A stretch of DNA of 63,961 nucleotides, counting the filler, from Craspedostauros australis (lineage: Eukaryota), in NCBI GenBank assembly GCA_030167865.1. It is 10 parts of 10 records of this genome, joined end to end, with 100 filler letters (N's around TTAATTAATTAA, not from the genome) between each part and the next. Parts side by side here need not be neighbours in the genome. Positions count along the whole stretch, not along the records: positions 36,251 to 51,979 come from JALAGF010005117.1; positions 52,080 to 53,719 come from JALAGF010005118.1; positions 53,820 to 61,886 come from JALAGF010005119.1; 7 more parts are not named here. One strand, 5' to 3'. How positions within the stretch are numbered: the stretch's first letter is position 1; each line of letters opens with the position of its first letter. A program made the position numbers and the translations under genes. The notes beneath the pieces were generated by a model. That model was not told where the DNA came from and ran no database searches. It saw only the letters and a list, made by a program, of their open reading frames with translations. Shown one piece after another: positions 49,085 to 60,565 of this stretch.

Positions 49085-49675
49085 CTAATGCGACGCGACG
49101 TAGGCCGCGATCTTCTCATCCTGCACACCCGACTCCTCGAGGAACTTTCCGATAAGACCCTGCGCCTTCTTGATGCGCGCGATGGCGTCGGCCTGCGCTG
49201 TGGCATCGGCCATGCCGCCCGACATGATGGTCTCCGTGGAGCCCACCAAGGTGCAGGCCTGACGCACGTATCCCACGCGGGCATCCTTGTCGCCGCCCTT
49301 CTTGATGAGCTTGAGCACGTAATTCTTGGCGTAGCCAGGGTAGAAGTTGGGGTCCTTGTTGAACATGCGCACGCCTTCCAATCCGGATTCGATGGTGTCG
49401 GCGTTCTCGAATTTGCCGATCAGCCTGTCGAGGGACATGCCGAGGTAGTAGATCTGCTTGAGGTCATCGAATTTGGGCTGGTACTCGGCGAAGGCTGGCA
49501 GCGGGGTGGCGGCCGCGGCGACGGTGGCAGTCGTGATGGTTGCCAGCATGGCGCGGCGGTCGACGACGGCCTGCAGCTGGGTGGAGGAGGACTGGGCCGT
49601 CTGGACGGATGGTCCGACGGAGAAGGCCTGGGAGACGGCCAGGGTGGAGGCGATGACGGCGGCAGCGAGCTTCAT
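49085..49675 (-). CDS. Thylakoid-lumen protein (Tat substrate) of unknown function
   Basis: Tripartite presequence: signal peptide SQA|FSV, transit peptide, then DRRAML plus a hydrophobic stretch and AFA cleavage site. The mature part is ~130 aa and looks helical. Strong codon bias. Confidence 0.88.
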   Translation of the reverse strand: MKLAAAVIASTLAVSQAFSVGPSVQTAQSSSTQLQAVVDRRAMLATITTATVAAAATPLPAFAEYQPKFDDLKQIYYLGMSLDRLIGKFENADTIESGLEGVRMFNKDPNFYPGYAKNYVLKLIKKGGDKDARVGYVRQACTLVGSTETIMSGGMADATAQADAIARIKKAQGLIGKFLEESGVQDEKIAAYVASH

Positions 49676-50729
49676 GGTTTCTGTTGGTTTGATAATAGAA
49701 TTGTAATAGAATTGTAATCGAATTGTGTTGTGATTGGAAGTTGACAGCGCCGAAGAGAACATCGGAAGCGGTCATGGATCCATCGACCGATCAACCGATC
49801 TTCAGCGTCGCCACCAACAACGACAAAGCAGAGAGACGGACACAGCAACACAACGAAGAAGAAAGAAGGCGATGAACCGAACAACCCAAAAGATACGAAA
49901 CAAATCCAACCACATGCGAAGTCAACATGCGTCAGATTCGCCATACGGACAGACATGCAGACGGAGCGTTCGCAAAACGGCGTCAACAAACAGCTTGTTC
50001 GTGGGTGCCAGCATGGTACAGATCCAAACTAGAGAGAGCACACATGGCGATGCGGTTGCACTCGTGCCAAAATCAATGATTCATAATGTTACATATTACT
50101 CCGTTCCGAAATGATTGCAACTTATCGTTTTTGTCATCGGTTCGACACCGTGTCGTAGTGGCCAACTTTGGGAGCTGCGGGAGACCCTTTTCCCAGTTGC
50201 CTCCCACCCTGGTCTGACGCATCCTTGTTGACCTTCGGTATCCATCGGAGTACCATCAATAATTGGTATACTAATGAGTGTAGATACCATTTAAACCGTA
50301 CCATACAAACAGAGAACAGCATCTCCACATTTAGACTGCTTGTCTGTTGCCGTGCTCCACCTTTCTGTCATTGAAAGACTTTCCAAGAGTTGGTTCGTGT
50401 GCCTTCACTTGTCCGATTGGTTGGACGGTTAATTCTTATCGTGACGTCACACTCTGTTCCGTAAGTCCAAATCATCCTCCGGTTTCACAGGCGAAATACA
50501 ACGTGGTACAACATGCGAAGGACGACGCAATGACAAAATCACGAAACATCGATTTTCTATTTGACATTTTATTTGTGTTCACAAGTACGCAATCGCTATT
50601 TGTTTGAAGGGAAACATGAGAACTCCCCTCGTGTTGTGGACATCGGTGTCTTCGTGACCTGTCGCACCAAATAAGAGCTTTGACATAACGCTACGACCCA
50701 ACCAGCCAATCATGATGGTTGGATTAAAC

Positions 50730-51071
50730 AGTACTACTCCGCTCGCACGAGTTTGCAGCACCTTGCCGGCTCGCAGTTCGGTTGGTTGCCGTTCAGTGTT
50801 TTGGGAGCCGCGGCNNNNNNNNNNNNNNNNNNNNNNNNNNNNNNNNNNNNNNNNNNNNNNNNNNTTCGCAATGACGTTCCCGGCAAGCCTGACAGGTTGT
50901 CAAGTTGCTGGACATGATGACGTGGGTTGAAATGTCTGCGACCTCTGATCTCTCTTCGAGCTCCTTTGTGTATACCATGTATTGAGTACCTTGTTATGAT
51001 ACTACAAAATCGATGCGATACCATTCGTATAGAGCATGCGCCTCATCCGGCACACTCAGTTTATCTTCGAC
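50730..51071 (+). repeat. Dispersed LTR-like repeat family C, copy 2
   Basis: Matches the reverse complement of 23775-24075 and ends ...GTTTATCTTCGACA. Confidence 0.7.
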
Positions 51072-51287
51072 AGTGAATCGGGTTCTCCACTATTCTCCCG
51101 TGCGTGCCTACTGTGACGAAGTAGACTAAAATACATAGGCACATCCATGTACACAGCGCACTGCTCATTGCGCACTCCTACCTTCGTCAGACTCAACTGA
51201 AAGGCAATGCGTCACTTTGCACCATACTAGCATCATCCATGGCATCCATGTTGGTACCTGCTTCCTGCTCGTGTCATCCTCGTGGTC

Positions 51288-51979
51288 TGTTGGCAAGTTC
51301 CGCTCACGGAAGCCTACGATCATGGAAGACGGTGTTGTTGATAGCTGGTCTGTTTGCAATTTCATTAGTTGAGCACTCCAATCCTCTTGGTGTCTCAGTT
51401 GTCTTGCCCGATGCTCTCGGCACGTTTGTCAATCTCGTAGATTGGATGGTCCGACTATGAGTCGGTACGCGAGATGCTCTCTCGCTCCTCTCTGTATTCT
51501 CTCTCTCTCTCGATATCGTGTGCTTGTGCTACATGAAACTCCACGTTCGATGCGTGCTCTGCATTTGACACTCTGTTCGTTCACTACTGGCTCCTACTCC
51601 ACAAGTACTTACCATTTGAACTTCACCTCCTGTATTCATGATCTTGATGCCCTTCGGTCATCGGATCTTCATCTCCTGCTCTGACCTGGAGACAGATGTC
51701 GACGTGGTGACACGATGACATCCTGTCGACGTCAGTAGGTGTTCTTCTGCTCTCCAGATGTCACGTTCCGTCGATGATGCGATGGTCTCTCAGATGATAT
51801 CGTCATCTGAGGTTTAGTTGGGAAGCACTTCGAGATTCACTCGATACCATACATTTCCATTGATGGATGGACAGACAATGTTCCTGATTCTCTCAGAAAT
51901 CACTGATTGCAAATCTCCTCCAGAAATCCTGCTCCTTTTCATGTGTCCGAATTCGTGATGTGATTTTGGCAAATCACAG
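51288..51979 (-). mobile_element. LTR family A, copy 2 (runs into the scaffold end)
   Basis: Shares the TGTTGGCAAG boundary and is colinear with copies 1 and 3. Confidence 0.82.
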
Positions 51980-52079
51980 NNNNNNNNNNNNNNNNNNNNN
52001 NNNNNNNNNNNNNNNNNNNNNNNTTAATTAATTAANNNNNNNNNNNNNNNNNNNNNNNNNNNNNNNNNNNNNNNNNNNN

Positions 52080-52655
52080 GATCGCCTGGTGATGAATTGT
52101 ATTCCAAATCACAAGATACACGAAGCACAGCAGGTTCCTCTCTATCCCGATACCCCTTTTGTCTGGCGTAATCGTTGGCTGTGGTCGCAACAGTTCGCGG
52201 CGGTCGCTGGTTCATAGACACACTACATGTTCGTAGATTCCATGTAGCTTCGACATTGCCGATGTGAGATTGCATGATTACACGACCACATGAGAAAGTG
52301 CGTCTGAACAGGTCTTGTTGCTAACACACANNNNNNNNNNNNNNNNNNNNNNNNNNNNNNNNNNNNNNNNNNNNNNNNNNACATGCAATACCCTTGCTGC
52401 ATGCGATCGCCTGGTGATGAATTGTATTCCAAATCACAAGATACACGAAGCACAGCAGGTTCCTCTCTATCCCGATACCCCTTTTGTCNNNNNNNNNNNN
52501 NNNNNNNNNNNNNNNNNNNNNNNNNNNNNNNNNNNNNNNNNNNNNNNNNNNNNNNNNNNNNNNNNNNNNNNNNNNNNNNNNNNNCGATGTGAGATTGCAT
52601 GATTACACGACCACATGAGAAAGTGCGTCTGAACAGGTCTTGTTGCTAACACACA
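52080..52655. repeat. Tandem duplication of a ~325-bp unit, broken by gaps
   Basis: The segment starting at 52080 recurs at 52405, and the segment starting at 52260 recurs at 52585. Confidence 0.7.
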
Positions 52656-53819
52656 CCACATCACACGTAACACACAACGCAAGCGCACCACGTTGTAGTG
52701 CCGAAAAACAATTATGTCACATCTTTTGTTCCTTGCTGATGGTCAGTATGTGTGGGCATTGATGGTAGCGGAGATACACGCAATGGAAATAAGTGTTGTC
52801 ACAAGCACCTGTTGTGACCATGGCAAATGTCTCGTAGTCGTGCATCTGCGAACAAAATTCCAACTTCGTACGTCAATGTACAGAAAGACGGTCATTCTTC
52901 GCCGACANNNNNNNNNACAGCGACCACCACTTCTGTCCGTTACCATCGAGCCAGTGTCAAGTTCATGCACGCGTTGTTGGAGAATGGCTGTCTGCTGCTT
53001 CGTGTTTCTTGGACGCGTGGAATGTCAGTGTGCCGCGCCTTTCCAACACACTGCGTGGGGAAGACGATGTCGTTGCAACATCCGACCAAAGTCGTACCTC
53101 CGTCGGATCATGTCATCTCAACAACCAACCTACGTCATCTGATGTCTGATCAATGTTTGACCAATGTCAGACCAATGTTACCGTAAAGTATGACATTGCG
53201 GCGGCAGGGTTTTTCCATGTTTCAAAGGCGCAACTTGCCACCCCTCTCTGCGATCACTGAGTATGATTAGTTTGCAACTATACACATAGAATGACCAAAG
53301 GAGGCCTCCCCTATCACGTAGTGGAACTTTTGTTGCCATTAATATTATAGTTATCTCTAAAGAGGGTGTCTAAATTGGTGTGATTAGCCTTACTTCTAGC
53401 AAAAATGTCAATTACGTCATTCACATGTCAGACATACATCATACCAATGTATGATGTTTGTCAGCTGATTGCATACTGACGTCGGATGTTGATCAGCTTG
53501 CTGTGCATGCTGGTCCGACCAACGTCGTACGACGTCGACTGGACCTCATAGCGACGTGACTGTTTGCCACAACAACGCACTTGTGTCTGTCTAATGCGGA
53601 AACATGCCTGCATACACAACATCAACGAAGCAACAACGTCCATCATCCTCATGGCAACAAACGAGTTGTTCTTGCGTGAGACATGTCCGTTCTGTTCCAC
53701 ACCAAAGAAGGACAACAATNNNNNNNNNNNNNNNNNNNNNNNNNNNNNNNNNNNNNNNNNNNNTTAATTAATTAANNNNNNNNNNNNNNNNNNNNNNNNN
53801 NNNNNNNNNNNNNNNNNNN

Positions 53820-55326
53820 AGCTGCGGAAGGACCCAGAAACACTCATCCAGATGGCGTCACAGACACTTGCTACTCTCCTCTTCCAGCGCGAGTTCGCGA
53901 TGATCGGCACTGCAGATGAGATCGTTCGAGTCGTAAACAGCTTGGATTACGGTATCCAGTTCGCTACATTCGAGAAGAACACGATCCCAATGCGCCGCCT
54001 TGTTGAAGACTCTGGCCTGGTGACACCGGCCCGGNNNNNNNNNNNNNNNNNNNNNNNNNNNNNNNNNNNNNNNNNNNNNNNNNNAAGAACACGATCCCAA
54101 TGCGCCGCCTTGTTGAAGACTCTGGCCTGGTGACACCGGCCCGGCTTCCGCCATTGGAGAAAGGATGGAGACAAGGACCAGACCCAAACAAGGAGTACAC
54201 CATCCGGGTATCACAACCATTCGAAGTTGACAAGGCAATGGAGCTACTCTGCATCTGGTTGGTGCAATGTGGAAAGACATGGGACCATCCACGCACCCGC
54301 TTTGATATCTACCCACTGGCTTTTGAAGCGTTGGCCCCGCAGCTCATCAGCTGTGCCATCGGAGGAGCCATGACCGTTGCACAAGAAGACCGGAAGGACG
54401 TCAAGTCGATCTTGATGGACACACTCAACATGTACGTCTCACCTGCGTCGATCGACCACGCTGATAGCGAGGGAGAGGAGTTATGGGATGGGCTCAGAGG
54501 AGTAATCCCGGTGTCGGTGGTCTCCGATCTTGCGATGAAGTCCACACACTTCCACGCATGCCCGATGCTATTATCAAGAGCCAACGAAGACGATAGCGAC
54601 GGATATGACAGTGAAAGCAGCACTGAAGGCGCCGAGCGCCAACCACCAACACACTTGATAAGCCCTGGCGAAGCAACAACCTGTACAAATGTGGAGGATC
54701 TTCGAGTCGGAGATTATTCAGATCGAAGGTCAAGAGATGCCTTGGTGATCGATAAGGAAGTAGTGGGCTCGCTTCTCAACCTCAGAGCTGCATGCTCCAA
54801 CATCCCATCTACTTCTTTCTGCCCATCGCTCACCACTGTGGTACAAGAGAATAGCGATCTCATGGATGGATCCGTTTCGTTCGTCGGTGGCAAGCGAGAT
54901 GCGAATGGCCAACTCAAGGACCTACAAGTGTACACCATCTGCACCATTGCCAAGAGGTTCTTCTGCGCACGCGATCAAGACCTGCTAGAGATATGGGAAA
55001 AGAAGCAGAGAATGGCAGAAAATACATTGGACCTGCCATTTGGCAAGAATCGATGGTATTGCGTGATGAGTCGCAAAAAGACATGTCCCACTGAGCAACC
55101 GGTATTTGGTCCTGATGAACCGCTGTTGGTGTCATTTCCAGTCGATCGTTCGCCCATGCTAAGTGAGTACATGACGATGTTGGATGATACTTTGAATCCG
55201 CACGCACGCCATGAAAAATATGGCACTACGATTACAATGGCAGACCTACAATCGTTGGTTGGATTGGGGACGAGGGAATCGATATTGGAAATGGAGAAGA
55301 TAGTAGCCCTATTGTCTGGGCGATAG
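53820..55326 (+). CDS. Orphan protein, 5'-partial (~465 aa after collapsing a gap duplication)
   Basis: Open from the scaffold edge. 53975-54034 is repeated at 54085-54144 across a 50-N gap, which links the 93-aa and 408-aa ORFs. No recognisable motif. Confidence 0.65.
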
Positions 55327-55693
55327 CAACGGATCAGAGGGTGATACACTTCGTGCGAGGACGGCCATTGATGGTGGGGTGGCGCTGTCGTCAGCATGCA
55401 CGTCGTGCTAGCATTTGTACGGCACAGTGGGAATATCTAAATAGACATCATGATGATCAATCATTGTGCTCATTTTCATTTTTTTGGCCATTTTTCAATG
55501 AAAAGTCGACTGTTGCAGACAGCGCGACACCAACGTCCACCGTTCTCTCCAAACAACGCCACCGCTGTCGCTTCCGGCTGAACCCTCGCCACAGCGACGA
55601 TCGATGGCTTTTGCGTTCCTGTACACCTTCATTCTTCCATCCGGTATCCGTTGTCCGTTCTGCATGCTGCATGTCCTGCTCCCTTCTTTCCAC

Positions 55694-56173
55694 CTAACAC
55701 TTCAAACCAGAGCTCATTCCACCATCCACCACCACGTTCGTACCGGTTGTGTAGCTCGACTGCAGTGGACTCAGGAGGTACGACACAGACTGAACCACCT
55801 CGGCAATGCTACCCAGCCGCTTCATCGGAACGCCGCTGATCTTGTTCCGCGCCACTGTCGCCGCATCATTCGCGAAGTACGGAGACGCACATTCGGCATG
55901 CAGCTCATTCTGACGATCCCACACGTATCCTGGACCGATGAGCGCGGGAGAGATGGCATTGACACGGATGCCGTGCGGTGCCAGATCTTTCGATGATGAC
56001 ATGGTCATTGCCAGTACAGCTGCCTTGGATGATGCGTACGTGATCATTGCTGGCGTTCCTCGCAATACAGCGACTCTGGCAGTGTTGACGATGGCATAAG
56101 AGGATTGCTGGCCTTGTTGGCCTTGCTGGGCTTGTTGCTTGGTCATCTGTCTGGTGACACGCTGGAGAACCAT
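55694..56173 (-). pseudogene. C-terminal half of a short-chain dehydrogenase/reductase (xylitol-dehydrogenase-like)
   Basis: Motifs YASSK, DLAPHGIRVNAISP, GPGYVWDRQ, VPMKRLG and TGTNVVVDGG. No TGxxxGxG N-terminal half is visible, and the catalytic Ser motif IVNTAS reads IVNTAR. Confidence 0.85.
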
Positions 56174-56661
56174 TGTTGGAAATCTGGGGTGGTGGTGATT
56201 GTAGAAAGCTATTCATTTGTTAGAATCTACTTCTCTGAGCTGTGAGCTCTTCATTGCTCTCAACTTCTAAAGTTCAATCTCCTCCTGAGATCTCCATGGG
56301 TCCATCCATTGGTCTAGCATACATTCATCTTGCATTCATCTCGAATTCACCATGGACATGCATGCCCTACCGATTTCCCCATGTCCATGCATTCATCACG
56401 TTGTCTTGCCTCCAATAGTTTTGTTGGCATAGGCATCGCTGAATCACAGGCATCACCTGACTCGTACCATTTGATCGGATCACAGTCTCCATGTTTCACA
56501 GGAACAGCTTGGATCCTTCTTATTCCTCTGACTTCTCATCAGGGACTTCTCCAATTCTCTCCCATCATTCACCGGTTCGTCATCAGGGACCTGTTCACAA
56601 GCCGTCTCACACTTCGTGACGCCGGCCAGTCTCAATAACTCTTTTCTCATTCGTTGTGACA
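56174..56661. mobile_element. LTR-like segment abutting the SDR breakpoint
   Basis: Starts TGTTGG exactly at the SDR break, like other LTR ends in this window, with a candidate TGACA end at 56661. No target-site duplication is seen. Confidence 0.4.
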
Positions 56662-56939
56662 TGGGAGCCGTAGTTGCGTGTATCATGATGTTGGTCATGA
56701 ATCCAAAATCCCTGCCCCCTGCAACATACAATTGTGACTCACATTCCTGCATTGAGGTCAGGAACGTCACGATCAGGTTCGCCTTCGGCACGTGGCGTTC
56801 TCCACCGCAAAACACGTGCAGCTCACATTTTTCTGTCACAAAGATCAAACGTGGGAGTTGCGGCAATGTATCATTTCGAAACGCTCAACTCCACGCTCTT
56901 GGGAGGTACGGCAATTCGGTGTTTCACAACACCCGATTC

Positions 56940-57895
56940 CTGACATGCATCTCCCTCGCAACCAATCACCAACCGACCGCGCGCACCAAGCACTTCTTGA
57001 CGAAGTGGCACTTCTTCTGGTACTGGGTCAAGGCTGGGTTCATTGTATCCAGCACATCCCCATGCCAGAGCAACTCGCCAACATCTTCACAAAGGGTCTC
57101 ACCATCGTGATCTTCGGATAACTACGATTCAAGATCGTGGGTTGGTAAGGGCACTATCACACCAAACAACTAAGGATGAAGTTTTCATCGATACCACAAC
57201 TCAATCACGACCCAACACTGAGAGGGAGAGTTGAGATTCAATTAGGGACAGACTATCACCGAACACGGTGTTCTCCTCCCATGGGAGAAATTTTCTTTTT
57301 GGCGCGAAATCTTCCGACTTGATCGACAACCAAATCTGTTCTCCTCCTTTTTCTCTTCCACTCACGAATCCGTCCTGACTCATGCCATGACCGATCTGAC
57401 TCAGCCTTACCATGGGAACTATATGCTCCTCAAATCCTTTCACAACAACAAACCTCGATTCCCTCCATGTCAATGACTACCACGCCATTGTCATAGTCTT
57501 GGCACACATATCCAACTCGCTTCAACTCAAGCAAAGGAATCCGAGGGTGAACTCCAACCACAGCCATTGCTGCATGACCACCTCAACTGAAGCGTCATGA
57601 TCTATACTGCAGTATGGCTATGTGTGAAGAGAGCAAGGAGCTACAATCAATGTCTGCCCTCAAGCACTGAACCATGAATCAGTGCAGGGCCCTATCAAGT
57701 TGTGTGACATCATTTCTTCGTCCTAACAACACCACTAGCTAACTCATAATAACAAAGACAGAGATTAGTACAAAAGCACTCATCTACTCATCGTTACAGT
57801 TACACATCTTCTAACAAGTATACTCCTCTTGAACTGCATTGCACGGTTATCCTGAAACTGGCAGTTCTTGAGTCGTCTCCTACCGATTCGCGCCG
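56940..57895 (+). mobile_element. Decayed copia 3' end (GalEA-like RNase H tail), PPT and LTR (family D)
   Basis: RTKHFLTKWHFFW, then a frameshift to EQLANIFTKGL...*LRFKIVGW* (stop 57148). PPT GAGAGGGAGAG at 57220-57230 is followed by the LTR. Confidence 0.8.
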
Positions 57896-58293
57896 ACTGA
57901 GCCCGAATCCAAACTCCAACTATCAATAAGATGCTTCGAACTGTTGATAGTGCCCGAATCGATGATGACGATCCGATAGAGCATTTGCAGAGATGATCAT
58001 GGAACAGATGCTACAGCTGGGGGTGCTACTCTCACGTGCGTTTCATTCCGCGCTGGTGCACTTCCACTGGTGTCGATGGGATCGTGGTTGTGTCTGGTGT
58101 ACAATCTGCTCCATCCTGAAGGTGTCATGGAATGGAGCTACACAAGAAAGGAGCCATGGTGTTGTTGGTGGTGGCGACTTTCATGCAAGGTCGTCTCTTG
58201 CTTCCATCATGCTTTGTTCATGGCCTATGAACGTTCTTCCGCAGTGTGATGGCGCTATGGATGCATTCATGTATGCAGTTGGATTTTGTGTAC

Positions 58294-58960
58294 TGTTGTG
58301 ACACGATCCGGAAGGGATGACCTAGCTGACTGCCAGATTCGAGGAATCTGATGACGAAGTCAACTAGGGGTGACAGTCTGGAAAGTAGTAGTAGATGACA
58401 ATGAGTAGATTAGTGTTGTTGTGCAGATCTTGAGTTGTGCTATTAGTTATTTGGATAGTCTGCATTGTGAGTTGATCAGTTTGAGATGTAGGATGAAGAA
58501 ACGATAATCAGTTGAGTAGTGCGGCTCTGCACTGACCTTCAGAGGTTCAGTGCTGAGAATGGATGAGCCCTCTCTTTCTCTCTTTCTCCACTATCTCATC
58601 ATAGTAGTTCTACATTCGAGTACAAAGCCTTGACGCCTGGATTGAAGTTGTGATTGAGAACACAGGTTGTCAAGCCACAGGAATTGTAGTAGGATTCCCT
58701 GCTTGTGTTGAAGCAGGGAGGATCTCCTTGCTGTTGTTGTGCAGGGTTGTCAGCTAGCATGGCTGACAATGGAATTCAGGTTGGCTGCATCGCAAGGGTT
58801 CAGAGGAGCATATAGTTCCTGGAATACCTTGATCCCATTGACTCAAGTAAGTTTTGAGTCAGCAGTAATTCATGAGTGAAAGTGGGAGAAAGAGGGAAAG
58901 GAGGAATTGTTCCGTATTTGTTGGTGGGAGGTTTCGCGCCAAAATTGACGCGCCAAAACA
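58294..58960 (-). mobile_element. Diverged inverted copy of LTR family D
   Basis: Its reverse complement shares ordered blocks with 57297-57870: TTTTGGCGCGAAA, GGAACTATATGCTCCTC, AGCACTGAACC, TCAGTGCAG, ATCTACTCAT, CTGGCAGT. Confidence 0.72.
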
Positions 58961-60565
58961 ATTTCATGGTGCGACAAGGAACACACTAAGTGGAAAGTAG
59001 TCCGTTCTTGAGATGAACTTCAACTTATGCTCTCTATCCTTCATGAATCGTTGCCGAATTGCTCGTTTGGACCTATTTCGACCTTGATCCGGAAGATTTT
59101 CGTATCGCTGCGGAAGGATCCCTGTTCGACACATGTGGTGCTCTGTTGTCATCATGTCGATGTCGACGTTGATGTCGATGTCGATGTCGATGTTGGCTGT
59201 GCCCGCACATGATGCATGTCACCAATTCAGAGATTACATGAAGAGAGGGAGGATTACTGATGGCGTCTCCAGTCTCTTCACAAACACATTGGTCTTGTCG
59301 ATGTCGGTGAGCGTCGTCAGAGAAGAAAGCCACCAAAGCGGTCACCGCAAGTCACAGAGAATCTCAAGGGGTCATCGAATGCCTCTCTGTCTTCGCCCAA
59401 CGGAGATTCTTCGCTGGGACGACGAACATTTGTTCACAACATGTCACGCATCTTGTGCAGAGTTGTGTTGTATTCGTCACACGAATGCTTGTGAGGGTGA
59501 AGTACACCAACGCGAAACGGTTCCTACTTTCAAGAGTAGGAACCCTTCACTGGCGGCTCCAGAGTCAGGGCAACACGTTCGGAATTGTTGATTGCCGCAG
59601 CTGCACAGTAAAATGTATCAGCATTGGAGTGTTCATCCCAGGGCAAGTCGTACGCTCACATCGGCACGGACGCAATTCACCCATCATTGTAACTCGCAAG
59701 AAGCGATACTCTACTTCAATACTAGGACCACCCTCCGACCCACGCACGCCCGACCAAAATTCGAAAAAGGTGTTTCGTCCCTGCAAAGCGCATTCAGCTC
59801 TCGTTCCCTACGAGTTTCGACAGCCTGATTGTGCTTGCATCACGGAGGCGACGATCACGAAAAACCCTTCCACCCCATCAGTTGGCGAGTCTTTTTCTCC
59901 CTCCTTTTCACTGGGAAGGTGCAAACCCAGATACCGATTCATCGCTTGCGTTCTTGCGTTGAAGCGATCAAGATGTTGATGTATTTTCTGTTGCTCTACT
60001 TCAGGGCTGTTGTTTTGCGGAATGGGTTGTGGTGGTTGCGTGTTGCGTGCGAAAATACATAAAGTGTGTACCCTTTTGGAAATCAGACCGCGACAGGGTG
60101 CCCTCGTGGCACACACGAGAATTGCGGATCAAGAAGAACGACAGATGATGACCTGTGGAGATGAGCAAGAGCGGCGTGCTCCATGTCTGCTTGTCCTAGT
60201 CGTATCATACACTCTGCTCGTACGTATTATTGGTCAGGCCCAATGGATGGTGTATGTCAGGGAGGGTCATGCTGCACCATAAATGCTGGGCATCGGCATC
60301 GATCCACGGAGTCTTTCTGTCCAACGGTGATATCACCAGTTGTGAAGGTTCCAGGTTGTGGCGGAGCTTTGGCCTCCTTGGCGCCATGCCATCCTCGTAC
60401 CAGGTTGCCTCATGCACAACATCGAAGACGCAAACAAAATGGCCCAAACAACCAACAAGTCAAACTCTTCATCTCATAAATTCATCCAAGTTGTCAACCA
60501 ATAACACCAAACAAGCAACGATCAACCCTGAACGATCAATCACCAACCACCAAGTACCGACAACC

